DNA of 63,268 nt, filler included. It is 5 parts of 5 records of this genome, joined end to end, with 100 filler letters (N's around TTAATTAATTAA, not from the genome) between each part and the next. Parts side by side here need not be neighbours in the genome. Positions count along the whole stretch, not along the records: positions 1 to 13,493 come from SRR31156797_6283; positions 13,594 to 34,002 come from SRR31156797_6299; 3 more parts are not named here. One strand, 5' to 3'. How positions within the stretch are numbered: position 1 is the first letter of the stretch; each line of letters starts with the position of its first letter. Positions 9,167 through 17,575 of the stretch are shown here, one piece after another. Made by a program: the position numbers and the translations under genes. A model generated the notes under the pieces. It had not been told where the DNA came from. It did no database searches and worked only from the letters and a program-made list of their open reading frames with translations.

Positions 9167-11374
9167 AAATAGATTCATTTTATCAGATGTTTTCACCTCT
9201 TTATAGCCCATTTGTTTATACCCTTTCATACGCTTTGTAAAGCTAGATCTAAGCATAGGTGTAAGCTCATCTACAAAGTCAATTGCTAAACATTTTTGAC
9301 CACGTCTTCCGATACGTCCTAGATATTGAACTATACGACCAGAGAATGAAATAGGCATGGTTAGAACAATAGTATCTAAATGTGAAAAATCTATTCCTTC
9401 TCCAATATAACTACTTGTAGAGAGAATAACATTGGCAGTCTGTGATTCCTCTAAAGCTTGTCTTTGAATTTTTGTAGGCATACCGCCATGAAGAAGTGTA
9501 GATTTTATATTTTTTGTATCCAATAGATGATATAAAATATTCAAGTGTTCAATCCTATCACTTAGTATCAAAATGTTTCTATCTTTAATCTTTTCAATTT
9601 CAGAAATGATAAGATTATTTCTATCGTAATCCTCAACAAGTTCATTTAGAATTAATGCAAAATCATCTTGTAGTGCTTCAAACTCAGTTTTTATTGTGAT
9701 TAGTTCATGAATTTTTTCAACTTGTTGTTTTTCTTCATAGGCTATATCTCCACACTGCATAAACATAATTGGATGCATTCCATCTTTTCGTTTAGGAGTA
9801 GCACTAAGACCTACTACATATTTACCTCTAAATCTCTTTAATGGCACTTCAAATGAAACAGCTGGAATATGGTGCACTTCATCAATAATAATTTGAGAAT
9901 ACTCTTCAATAAGTTCAGGTCTGTTTTTGAGTGACTGCAGAGTTGCAATATCTATTTTAGATGTTAGCTTTTTCTTTCCTTTACCAAGTTTACCTATCTC
10001 TTTTATATTTATATCAAAATACTCAGATAATCTTTCAGCCCATTGATCAAGTAAAGTGGTTTTATGTATCAAAATAAGTGTATTCACTCTTCTTTTAGCA
10101 ATAATCGCTGAAGCAATAGCTGTTTTTCCAAATCCAGGAGGTGCAATAAGAAGTGAATAATCTTGTTTAACCATTTTATTGAATGCACTTTTTTGCTCAT
10201 CTCTAAGCTCTACAGTAAAGTTTGGTTTATCTATCTTTTTGATGATTCTTTTATCTTCAATAAATAGATTTGCATTATTTTTAGAAAATAGTTGTTTAAT
10301 TTGCCCAATTAATCCTCTTGGTAAGATAATATATCTTTCATTCATATTATACAAAGAGATTATTCTTGGTGTGTTAAAAGTAGACTTTCGAAGGTTTTGT
10401 CGTATAAAAAACTCTGGATTAGCGAATGATGCTAATCTTTGAATAGTATGTAAAAGAGACTTGGATAGTTCAAGTTTTTCTATGTACAAGGCATCAAATA
10501 AAACGGCTTTAGTATTTTGAGGGAATTTAAGTGGTATTTTTCTTTTAATCTCCCATGGCATTAATGACTCTTCATCTGCACCATTTGAAATAATATTTTC
10601 TCTGATAACTATACTTAACTGATATTGTGATAGCTTTTTAGCCTCTTTTAAAACTTTCCACTGATCATTAGATGGCTGCATTGTATCAATATCTATAAAA
10701 ATAGTTTTATTTTCACTTCTTGATCTAAAATGAAGTGGTAGAGCTACAAGATTTCCAAGTGCATCAGGTGCTACAAAATCTTGATTTGGAAACATCCTAT
10801 CATAACTTCCCATATCAATACCATCACTTATATCCATAGCTTTTGTTACAAGTATATCACCCAGTTTTCTTGCATCACTTGCCCTGACTAGGCTTTCAAA
10901 GAAAAACCATATATGAATGCCATTGCCAGATTTTGATATTTCAAATAACGGATTTAAGTGCAATTCATCACAAATCTTTTTAATAGATCTAGCATCATCA
11001 ATAAAACTTTGTTTATCAAGATCAAGTACAAGAAACTTTGCCATTGTTTGGTTTACAACTGCATAGGTTCCAAGTCTTACCTTACCCTCTAAATGCCTTT
11101 GAATAATATCATCACTAACTGGGATATAATCCGTACCTCTAAATGTATAAGCATCTGGTGAATATCCTTTTTTGGTTCCCTCTTTATTAATCCAATATGT
11201 TGCATACACATCTTCTCTACCAACGAATAAAGACTTAAACAAGCCTATCTTTTGAGATTTTGTAAAAGGTGATAGTCTTTGAATAAGCTTTTTGGTTTCA
11301 ATTATCTCATGTTCAATGTTTTGTTTTTGAGATTCTAGGTAGTTTAGTTTATTATAGAGGTCTTGTATTTGCAT
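9155..11374 (-). CDS. TOTE-type archaeo-eukaryotic primase domain fused to an SF2 (ResIII/DEAD-like) helicase
   Basis: N-terminal LFVGREDVYA, LVLDLD, EISKSGNGIHIWFFF, YDRMFPNQD and GNLVALPL motifs; C-terminal APPGFGKT, DEVHH, SAT and QYLGRIGR helicase motifs. Confidence 0.8.
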   Translation of the reverse strand: MQIQDLYNKLNYLESQKQNIEHEIIETKKLIQRLSPFTKSQKIGLFKSLFVGREDVYATYWINKEGTKKGYSPDAYTFRGTDYIPVSDDIIQRHLEGKVRLGTYAVVNQTMAKFLVLDLDKQSFIDDARSIKKICDELHLNPLFEISKSGNGIHIWFFFESLVRASDARKLGDILVTKAMDISDGIDMGSYDRMFPNQDFVAPDALGNLVALPLHFRSRSENKTIFIDIDTMQPSNDQWKVLKEAKKLSQYQLSIVIRENIISNGADEESLMPWEIKRKIPLKFPQNTKAVLFDALYIEKLELSKSLLHTIQRLASFANPEFFIRQNLRKSTFNTPRIISLYNMNERYIILPRGLIGQIKQLFSKNNANLFIEDKRIIKKIDKPNFTVELRDEQKSAFNKMVKQDYSLLIAPPGFGKTAIASAIIAKRRVNTLILIHKTTLLDQWAERLSEYFDINIKEIGKLGKGKKKLTSKIDIATLQSLKNRPELIEEYSQIIIDEVHHIPAVSFEVPLKRFRGKYVVGLSATPKRKDGMHPIMFMQCGDIAYEEKQQVEKIHELITIKTEFEALQDDFALILNELVEDYDRNNLIISEIEKIKDRNILILSDRIEHLNILYHLLDTKNIKSTLLHGGMPTKIQRQALEESQTANVILSTSSYIGEGIDFSHLDTIVLTMPISFSGRIVQYLGRIGRRGQKCLAIDFVDELTPMLRSSFTKRMKGYKQMGYKEVKTSDKMNLFLHN

Positions 11375-11379
11375 GATAT

Positions 11380-12360
11380 TTAAAGACTGTTAATCTCAAT
11401 TTCAAGTTTTTTCAATATTTCAATTATCTCTTCAAACTCTAATTTCTTATCAAATATCATATGCTCCATTGCTTTATAGTCTTTTTTAAGCTCTTGAAGG
11501 CGATACTCTTCTGGAATTAATTTAAAAGTGCCAACTTTAGCAGTATCATAATTAGCCCAATTTACAGGGTAAAACTTCTTTTTAAAATCAACCACTTTTT
11601 CTAAAAGCTGAATTTCTTCAAAAGCATTATCTTTGACATCTGATTTCGCCATAATAGCTAAATCATAGTAGTGTCTTGAATATCTAAGTGGCATAGGTTT
11701 TGACTCATCTCTATGAACCTCTTGATGTAGAATTGTTGCTTTCTCCCAAAATGTTCTGTGTGCTACTATTGCATTAACACTACATTTTGATTTATCAAAA
11801 AGTTGTGGGAAGTATTCTGATGCATAAGAACTTATCTCATAAGTATCTGATGGCAACCAAGCAGCTAAAGGACCGATTTCTAATAAAATTTGTGGTCTTA
11901 GATATTGGTCATCAAAGGCAGCCGGATAATTTATATTGATATTATGTTCATCATCTTCATTTATTTCACAACTACAAAACGGTGCTAATATTTCTGATAT
12001 TACTGGTAATAGAAATTCTTTAATATATGTTTTAGCACTTTCATTGACTGTCTTATTATATTTATCTTGTTTATTTTTACTTCTTTTATCATTTGGATCT
12101 TCTCTTGATACAAGGTTCCAATCAAGTATAAGATCAATATCTTCTGAAAATCTTCCAATAAGATCAAATACTTTAGAAAGTGATGTTCCACCTTTAAACA
12201 TCAAAATATTGCTTAATCTCTCATCGTTAAATATCTTATCTAATGCCCAAACAACCCAAAAGTCTTTTTCAATGATTGCATTAGTAGTATGCATCATTCT
12301 TGCTGTTTCACTAAATAGCTCTTTTCTTTGCTTAGTTGATAAATTAGCTACCTTATCCAT
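11380..12360 (-). CDS. AbiEii/AbiGii (DUF1814) nucleotidyltransferase toxin, type IV TA
   Basis: IEKDFWV, FKGGTSLSK, RFSEDIDL, RTFWEK and SRHYYDL motifs. Confidence 0.9.
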   Translation of the reverse strand: MDKVANLSTKQRKELFSETARMMHTTNAIIEKDFWVVWALDKIFNDERLSNILMFKGGTSLSKVFDLIGRFSEDIDLILDWNLVSREDPNDKRSKNKQDKYNKTVNESAKTYIKEFLLPVISEILAPFCSCEINEDDEHNININYPAAFDDQYLRPQILLEIGPLAAWLPSDTYEISSYASEYFPQLFDKSKCSVNAIVAHRTFWEKATILHQEVHRDESKPMPLRYSRHYYDLAIMAKSDVKDNAFEEIQLLEKVVDFKKKFYPVNWANYDTAKVGTFKLIPEEYRLQELKKDYKAMEHMIFDKKLEFEEIIEILKKLEIEINSL

Positions 12361-12958
12361 TTTTACAAACCTCTTTTATTGTTTCATAAATCCAAACGGT
12401 TGATGTTTTTGTATCTTTTAAAATTTTCTCATACATATTATTGTCAATTTGATCTCTTATTTTTTTAATGACTTTATCATCAATATTTTCTTTGCCTAAT
12501 GTTTTAAGTGCTTGAACAATTAAGGAGCTCTCTTTGTATTTAAAACCTATGTTTTTTAATGCAGATTTTTTAAATTCAATTACACTGCCATCATTGAGTT
12601 TATATTTTTTATTTGGACCATCACTATAATAGATATAAGAAGCTGGAATTTGAGTTGATAAGCCTAATAAGTTTAATGCAGTATCTCCACTCACTTCAAT
12701 TCGCCAATTAAATTTTCTAGCATACGCAAGTGCCACTTGTTCAATATCAGGGCTTAGCTCTTTTTTTAGCAGTTCACTATATTTTGGATAATCATATATT
12801 CCACGAGCCACTCTTCGTATCTTTTTACTTTTAGTTAGATCTGACAACACACTATCGGCTTCTTGTCTTGTAAACTTACCAAGTAAATCACTGGATGAGA
12901 ATGCCCACCCCCTCTTGTGACCAGCTATAAAGTAAAACACCTTTTCATAAAGCTTCAT
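12353..12958 (-). CDS. DUF6088 / AbiEi-like antitoxin and transcriptional regulator
   Basis: N-terminal wHTH-like region, IRRVARGIYDYP and ALNLLGLSTQIP motifs; overlaps the toxin start. Confidence 0.82.
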   Translation of the reverse strand: MKLYEKVFYFIAGHKRGWAFSSSDLLGKFTRQEADSVLSDLTKSKKIRRVARGIYDYPKYSELLKKELSPDIEQVALAYARKFNWRIEVSGDTALNLLGLSTQIPASYIYYSDGPNKKYKLNDGSVIEFKKSALKNIGFKYKESSLIVQALKTLGKENIDDKVIKKIRDQIDNNMYEKILKDTKTSTVWIYETIKEVCKNG

Positions 12959-12981
12959 AAGACCTCTATACTTTTTATTTT

Positions 12982-13009
12982 TCCAGAAAAAAGTATAACG
13001 TTTTCTGGA
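12982..13009 (-). promoter_or_regulatory. Putative AbiE autoregulatory operator overlapping a -10 box
   Basis: Inverted repeat TCCAGAAAA-N10-TTTTCTGGA with minus-strand TATACT (12992-12997) in the spacer, 23 bp upstream of the antitoxin ATG. Confidence 0.6.
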
Positions 13010-13107
13010 TTTATAATTCCTTTTGTAGCATAATAATATATCAAATCATAAGCTCTCTTTAGAAATAAATATAGATAAAACTCTTACTATAATGAGTATT
13101 TATTAAA

Positions 13108-13129
13108 TTACATAACTTTTAACATAACC
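13108..13129. repeat. Tandem TTACATAAC motif at the island right end
   Basis: TTACATAACTTTTAACATAACC is 20/22 identical to 9131-9152 and has the same 12-bp tandem spacing. Confidence 0.7.
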
Positions 13130-13208
13130 ATATTTTTTGAGTTTAACGTGTTAAACGAAAAAGTTTTTGTAAAATATATATAAAGTAAGTATTTAAGGTA
13201 TTTGTAGA

Positions 13209-13292
13209 TGGTGCGCTAGAAAAGATTTGAACTTTCACTCCGTTAAGAACGAGCCCCTCAAGCCCGCGTGTCTACCATTCCACCACTAGCGC
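13209..13292 (-). tRNA. tRNA-Leu(GAG), complete, island-borne
   Basis: GCGCTAG TG GTG GAATGGTAGA CAC G CGGGC TTGAGGG GCTCG TTCTTAACGGAGT GAAAG TTCAAAT CTTTT CTAGCGC A CCA. All four stems pair; long variable arm, A73 and encoded CCA; 84 nt. Confidence 0.93.
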
Positions 13293-13353
13293 ATTTTAGT
13301 TATATTTTATATATTTAAGTAATAATATATTACTCACAGCCTAATTTTTTCGG

Positions 13354-13392
13354 CCCTCAAGATAGCGTGTCTACCAATTCCACCATGGTCGC
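13354..13392 (-). pseudogene. 5' half of disrupted host tRNA-Leu(GAG) (attL-like end)
   Basis: Minus strand GCGACCA TG GTGGAATTGGTAGACAC G CTATC TTGAGGG, then non-tRNA sequence; GCGACC pairs with GGTCGC of the 8967-9020 fragment. Confidence 0.9.
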
Positions 13393-13408
13393 GTAATTGA
13401 AGAGTGAA

Positions 13409-13414
13409 ATTATA
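13409..13414 (-). promoter_or_regulatory. sigma70 -10 box of the host tRNA-Leu promoter
   Basis: Perfect TATAAT on the minus strand 16 nt upstream of the tRNA 5' half, with AT-rich upstream DNA. Confidence 0.7.
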
Positions 13415-13493
13415 GAAAATTTTAGCTGTAGGTTTCATTAAATTAGATAGCACTACTATTTTATGTAGTCTAATCTATTAAAAACTCTTAATT

Positions 13494-13593
13494 NNNNNNN
13501 NNNNNNNNNNNNNNNNNNNNNNNNNNNNNNNNNNNNNTTAATTAATTAANNNNNNNNNNNNNNNNNNNNNNNNNNNNNNNNNNNNNNNNNNNN
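13494..13593. other. Artificial contig spacer
   Basis: N44-TTAATTAATTAA-N44. Confidence 0.99.
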
Positions 13594-13812
13594 AATGGTT
13601 TCCATTTTACGAATTGGGAAATATAGCACTACTGCTTTTTTAACCCATTCATTAATTTGCCAGCCACCTTGAATAGGTTCAGCTACTCTTAATTGTCCAT
13701 CATCAAGCAATTGAATAACCTGCTCAATTGCTTCAATATTTTCCGGTTGATGAATTTCTGATTGATTGTCCCACAGATGATTAATCTGTGACTTTAATTG
13801 CTCAGTGTTCAT
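13594..13812 (-). CDS. dapD: Tetrahydrodipicolinate N-succinyltransferase, N-terminal fragment
   Basis: LLDDGQLRVAEP...WQINEWVKKAVVLYFPI; truncated at the contig end. Confidence 0.9.
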
Positions 13813-15575
13813 GAAGAATTCTTTGTACTGTTAGTTACTTCGTTTTCTTTAGGTTTTGAATCTTCTTTAAAATGGATGTCTTTTATTCTAAGCTGCAACG
13901 TTGTTTTATCGCGATAGGTATTCTCGTCAATACTGTAACAAATGCTAAAATTACTTTTATCGGCTACTTTGTGCCAATGCTCTGCCTGATTAAATGCAAT
14001 AGCCGGAAAGAGGGTCTCTCCGCCTTTTTTATCAGTTACCATTAGCTTAAGATGCTTTCCATCTTTTCCTACACAGCGACTAAAACCTGAATCATATAGA
14101 TTTTCAGTAATAAAAACCGGAGCCATATTCTCGGGTCCAAAAGGTTCGAATTGTTTCAAGACCCGCCAAAATTTAGGTGTAATTTGACCCAATGAAATTA
14201 CGGCATCAGCATTAATTTTTTGAACAGTTTGATCTGGTTTAATTGACTTACGAACAGCATCCTCAAATCGCTGTTTAAATATAGAAAAGTTCTCCTCTTT
14301 AATAGACAAACCCGCTGCATACATATGACCACCATAGTTTTCCAATAAATCAGCACATTCTGTGATAGCCTCATAAACATTAAAGCCAACAACTGACCTG
14401 GCAGAACCGGTTATTAAACCATTTGAACGGGTGAAAATAATGGTTGGCTTATAAAAATGCTCAACCAAACGAGATGCCACAATTCCAATAACTCCTTTTA
14501 ACCAATTAGGATTAAAAAGGACGATTGATTTATTGTCATGTAATCCCTCCTGCATGACCAAATCCAATGCTTCACGTGTGATCTGACGATCAACATCTTT
14601 TCGGGTTTTATTCTCGTTATTAATTTTCTGACTGATCTCCCTTGCCTCATCCAAATCTTTGGAAACAAGCAAGTCAACAGCCATTTGACCACTATCCATT
14701 CTACCGGCAGCATTAAGCCTCGGGCCTATCTTAAAAACAATATCGGAAATAACAATATGCTTATCTAATTCTGAAACTTCCATTACACTTTTTAAGGCAA
14801 CTGATGGCCGTAAGTTAATTTTTTTCAACCCGTAATGAGCCAAAATACGATTTTCACCTCTTAAAGGAACAATGTCAGAAGCAATACTAACAGCCAAAAT
14901 ATCTAAATATTCATAGGCCATTTCCATATCCATGTTATTGGATGTTAAAAACGCCTGTATTAATTTAAATCCTACCCCACATCCTGATAATTCTTTGAAT
15001 GGATAAGTGCTATCTTCTCTTTTGGGATCTAGTATAGCATACGCTTTAGGAAGTTCTTCATCGGGTGTATGATGATCGCAAATAATAAAATCTATATTTT
15101 TCTCATTAGCCATGTCAATTTTATCAATGGCTTTAATCCCGCAATCCAGTGCAACTACAAGGCTAATGCCCTTTTCAGCTGCGTATTCAATACTTTTTTC
15201 TGAAATACCGTAACCCTCGCTATATCTGTCAGGAATATAATATTCAATACTTTTATGGAATTGATGGAGGAAAGAATACATCATTGCAACAGAGGTAGTT
15301 CCATCAACATCATAATCACCGTAGACCAATATCTTTTCATTTCCTTGAATGGCACGATTAAGCCGCTCGACGGCTTTTTCCATATCAACCATCAAAAACG
15401 GATCATGCAAGTCTTTTAATTCGGGTCGGAAAAATGCCTTGGCCTGGTCGAAGCTATTAATGTTGCGCTGAACTAGGAGCTGCGCAATTATATGATCGAT
15501 ATTTAATTCGCTCGATAATTTATTTATAACTTCGGGATCGCCCTTCTCTTTTACAACCCATTTTTTTTCTTCCAT
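13809..15575 (-). CDS. recJ: ssDNA-specific exonuclease RecJ
   Basis: YGDYDVDG, DCG, CDHH, PRLNAAGR, GSARS, GGH and EPFGPEN motifs. Confidence 0.97.
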   Translation of the reverse strand: MEEKKWVVKEKGDPEVINKLSSELNIDHIIAQLLVQRNINSFDQAKAFFRPELKDLHDPFLMVDMEKAVERLNRAIQGNEKILVYGDYDVDGTTSVAMMYSFLHQFHKSIEYYIPDRYSEGYGISEKSIEYAAEKGISLVVALDCGIKAIDKIDMANEKNIDFIICDHHTPDEELPKAYAILDPKREDSTYPFKELSGCGVGFKLIQAFLTSNNMDMEMAYEYLDILAVSIASDIVPLRGENRILAHYGLKKINLRPSVALKSVMEVSELDKHIVISDIVFKIGPRLNAAGRMDSGQMAVDLLVSKDLDEAREISQKINNENKTRKDVDRQITREALDLVMQEGLHDNKSIVLFNPNWLKGVIGIVASRLVEHFYKPTIIFTRSNGLITGSARSVVGFNVYEAITECADLLENYGGHMYAAGLSIKEENFSIFKQRFEDAVRKSIKPDQTVQKINADAVISLGQITPKFWRVLKQFEPFGPENMAPVFITENLYDSGFSRCVGKDGKHLKLMVTDKKGGETLFPAIAFNQAEHWHKVADKSNFSICYSIDENTYRDKTTLQLRIKDIHFKEDSKPKENEVTNSTKNSS

Positions 15576-15766
15576 ATTGCTGCACTTTTTGGTCAGGTTT
15601 GGTGATAATGCCTGGCAAAATCAGTAACAGACGCCACCCCAAAATCAAACGTAAAGATACGTAAAAAAAGCTTGTCATAAAACTGTAATATTAATTATGG
15701 AAAAGAAAAATTGGTAATTGCCTGTGGATTTTGGGGTTGAAATTTTTTGCCCGATAAAAATTGGGC

Positions 15767-15774
15767 TATCTTTG
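15767..15774 (+). promoter_or_regulatory. Bacteroidota -7 promoter element for lysS
   Basis: TATCTTTG matches TAnnTTTG, 17 nt upstream of ATG 15792. Confidence 0.6.
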
Positions 15775-15791
15775 CCGAAAATTTTGTAGAT

Positions 15792-17516
15792 ATGGCAATT
15801 TTAGAACTTAGCGAACAGGAAATTATTCGCCGGAAAGCACTTGAAGAATTAGAGAAACTGGGAATTAACCCATACCCGGCTGAGAAGTATGATGTAACTC
15901 ACTACTCAGATCAGATAAAGAAGGAGTTTAATGAAGAAGAAGAAAATTTGCAGGATGTGACATTAGCCGGACGATTAATGTCTCGCCGTATCATGGGAAA
16001 AGCCTCTTTTGCAGAGCTTCAGGATGAGAAGGGACGTATTCAATTATATTTTAACCGTGACGAACTTTGTCCGGAAGAAGACAAAACATTCTACAACACT
16101 GTTTTCAAAAAACTAACAGATATTGGAGATATTATTGGCGTAAGAGGAAAGGTTTTCAAAACGCAAATGGGAGAAATTTCTGTGAGCGTAAAAGAACTTA
16201 CTATATTAAGTAAATCACTCCGCCCTTTACCAGTAGTAAAAGAAAAAGACGGAAAAACTTATGATGCTTTTACTGATCCTGATCAGCGTTACAGACAACG
16301 TTACCTGGATTTAATCGTAAACACTCCGGTGCGTGACACTTTCAAACAAAGAGCTCGTTTGGTGCAAACCATGCGTAACTTTTTAACTTCTAAAGATTAC
16401 CTGGAAGTTGAAACACCAATATTACAGCCTATTTATGGTGGTGCAGCGGCACGCCCGTTTAAAACACACCACAATAAATTAGATATGACGCTTTATTTAA
16501 GAATTGCCAATGAGCTTTATCTTAAAAAACTAATTGTAGGTGGTTACGATGGTGTATTCGAGTTTGCTAAAGACTTTAGAAATGAAGGGATGAGCCGTTT
16601 CCATAATCCGGAGTTCACTCAAATGGAACTTTATGTAGCGTATAAAGACTACAAATGGATGATGGAATTAGTAGAAGAAATGGTTGAAAAAATTACCATT
16701 GAGTTACACGGAACAACTAAAGTTAAGGTTGGTGAAAATGAAATTGATTTCAAACGTCCATGGAAACGATTTACAATGTTTGAAGCCATTGAGCATTTTA
16801 CAGGTATTGATATTAGCCAAATGGATGAAAAACAATTGGCAGAAACTGCTAAAAAGCTACACGTTGAGATAGATGAATCTATGGGTAAAGGTAAGCTGAT
16901 TGATGAAATATTCGGTGAAACCTGCGAAGCCAAATTGATTCAACCAACATTTATTACAGACTATCCTGTTGAAATGTCCCCACTTGCTAAAAAACACCGA
17001 TCTGTAGATGGTTTAGTGGAGCGTTTTGAAGGTATTGTAAACGGAAAAGAAATTTGCAATGCATATTCTGAGTTAAATGACCCTGTTGATCAGCGTCAAC
17101 GTTTTGAAGAGCAGTTATTATTGGCCAAACGTGGCGATGACGAAGCCATGATGTTGGACGAAGACTTCCTAAAAGCCATTGAGTATGGAATGCCTCCAAC
17201 AGCAGGGTTGGGAATTGGAATTGATCGTTTAGCGATGATTATGACTAATTCAAATTCTATACAGGATGTGTTATTCTTCCCACAAATGAAACCTGAGAAA
17301 AAAGCACAAATTGATCCGCCTGCCATGTTTATAGAGTTGGGTGTACCTGAAGAATGGGTTCAGGTTGTTCAGAAAGTTGGCTTCCTTACTGTAGCTGAGC
17401 TAAAAGAAGCTAACCCAAATAAACTGCATCAGGAGTTATGTGGTATGAATAAAAAACATAAAATGGGCCTTCAAAACCCAAAACCTGAAGATGTAAAATC
17501 ATGGGTTGAAGCCTAA
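15792..17516 (+). CDS. lysS: Lysine--tRNA ligase (class II) with C-terminal HhH-like extension
   Basis: [25 protein letters not shown] and [15 protein letters not shown] motifs. Confidence 0.97.
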   Translation: MAILELSEQEIIRRKALEELEKLGINPYPAEKYDVTHYSDQIKKEFNEEEENLQDVTLAGRLMSRRIMGKASFAELQDEKGRIQLYFNRDELCPEEDKTFYNTVFKKLTDIGDIIGVRGKVFKTQMGEISVSVKELTILSKSLRPLPVVKEKDGKTYDAFTDPDQRYRQRYLDLIVNTPVRDTFKQRARLVQTMRNFLTSKDYLEVETPILQPIYGGAAARPFKTHHNKLDMTLYLRIANELYLKKLIVGGYDGVFEFAKDFRNEGMSRFHNPEFTQMELYVAYKDYKWMMELVEEMVEKITIELHGTTKVKVGENEIDFKRPWKRFTMFEAIEHFTGIDISQMDEKQLAETAKKLHVEIDESMGKGKLIDEIFGETCEAKLIQPTFITDYPVEMSPLAKKHRSVDGLVERFEGIVNGKEICNAYSELNDPVDQRQRFEEQLLLAKRGDDEAMMLDEDFLKAIEYGMPPTAGLGIGIDRLAMIMTNSNSIQDVLFFPQMKPEKKAQIDPPAMFIELGVPEEWVQVVQKVGFLTVAELKEANPNKLHQELCGMNKKHKMGLQNPKPEDVKSWVEA

Positions 17517-17530
17517 AAAACAATAAATTG

Positions 17531-17562
17531 AAGGCTGTTATACATCGTATAGCAGCCTTTTT
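17531..17562 (+). terminator. Rho-independent terminator after lysS
   Basis: AAGGCTGTTATAC-ATC-GTATAGCAGCCTT hairpin followed by Ts. Confidence 0.8.
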
Positions 17563-17575
17563 AATTAAAATAGCT

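Larger units (their letters stand above)
9014..13360. mobile_element. ~4.35-kb integrase-less genomic island inserted in the tRNA-Leu(GAG) anticodon loop
   Basis: 7-bp direct repeat CCCTCAA at 9014-9020 and 13354-13360 bounded by complementary tRNA halves; cargo is an AEP-helicase, an AbiE TA pair and a replacement tRNA. Confidence 0.85.

Noticed and set aside
9054-13175. ATTTTACAAAA inverted between island ends (9054-9064 and 13165-13175) as terminal inverted repeats
   Set aside because: An 11-bp almost pure A/T match in very AT-rich DNA, not at the termini, and there is no transposase; plausibly chance.
9021-13353. Group I intron or spliced/split tRNA explanation for the interrupted tRNA-Leu
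   Set aside because: The 7-nt loop is duplicated at both junctions, a recombination signature. The insert is protein genes plus a tRNA, and no intron core is recognisable.
13538-13549. TTAATTAATTAA motif recurring four times
   Set aside because: Artificial all-frame-stop linker within the N spacers, not biological.
17300-17516. C-terminal extension on LysS
   Set aside because: As far as I recall this is a common feature of Bacteroidales LysS, so it is not novel.
8591-17516. Functional link between the KTSC gene or tRNA island and lysS/recJ
   Set aside because: They lie on different contigs from different phyla, separated by an artificial spacer.
17528-17575. ORF-track start of the 237-aa protein
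   Set aside because: It spans the lysS terminator hairpin; GTG 17576 yields a proper lipoprotein signal.
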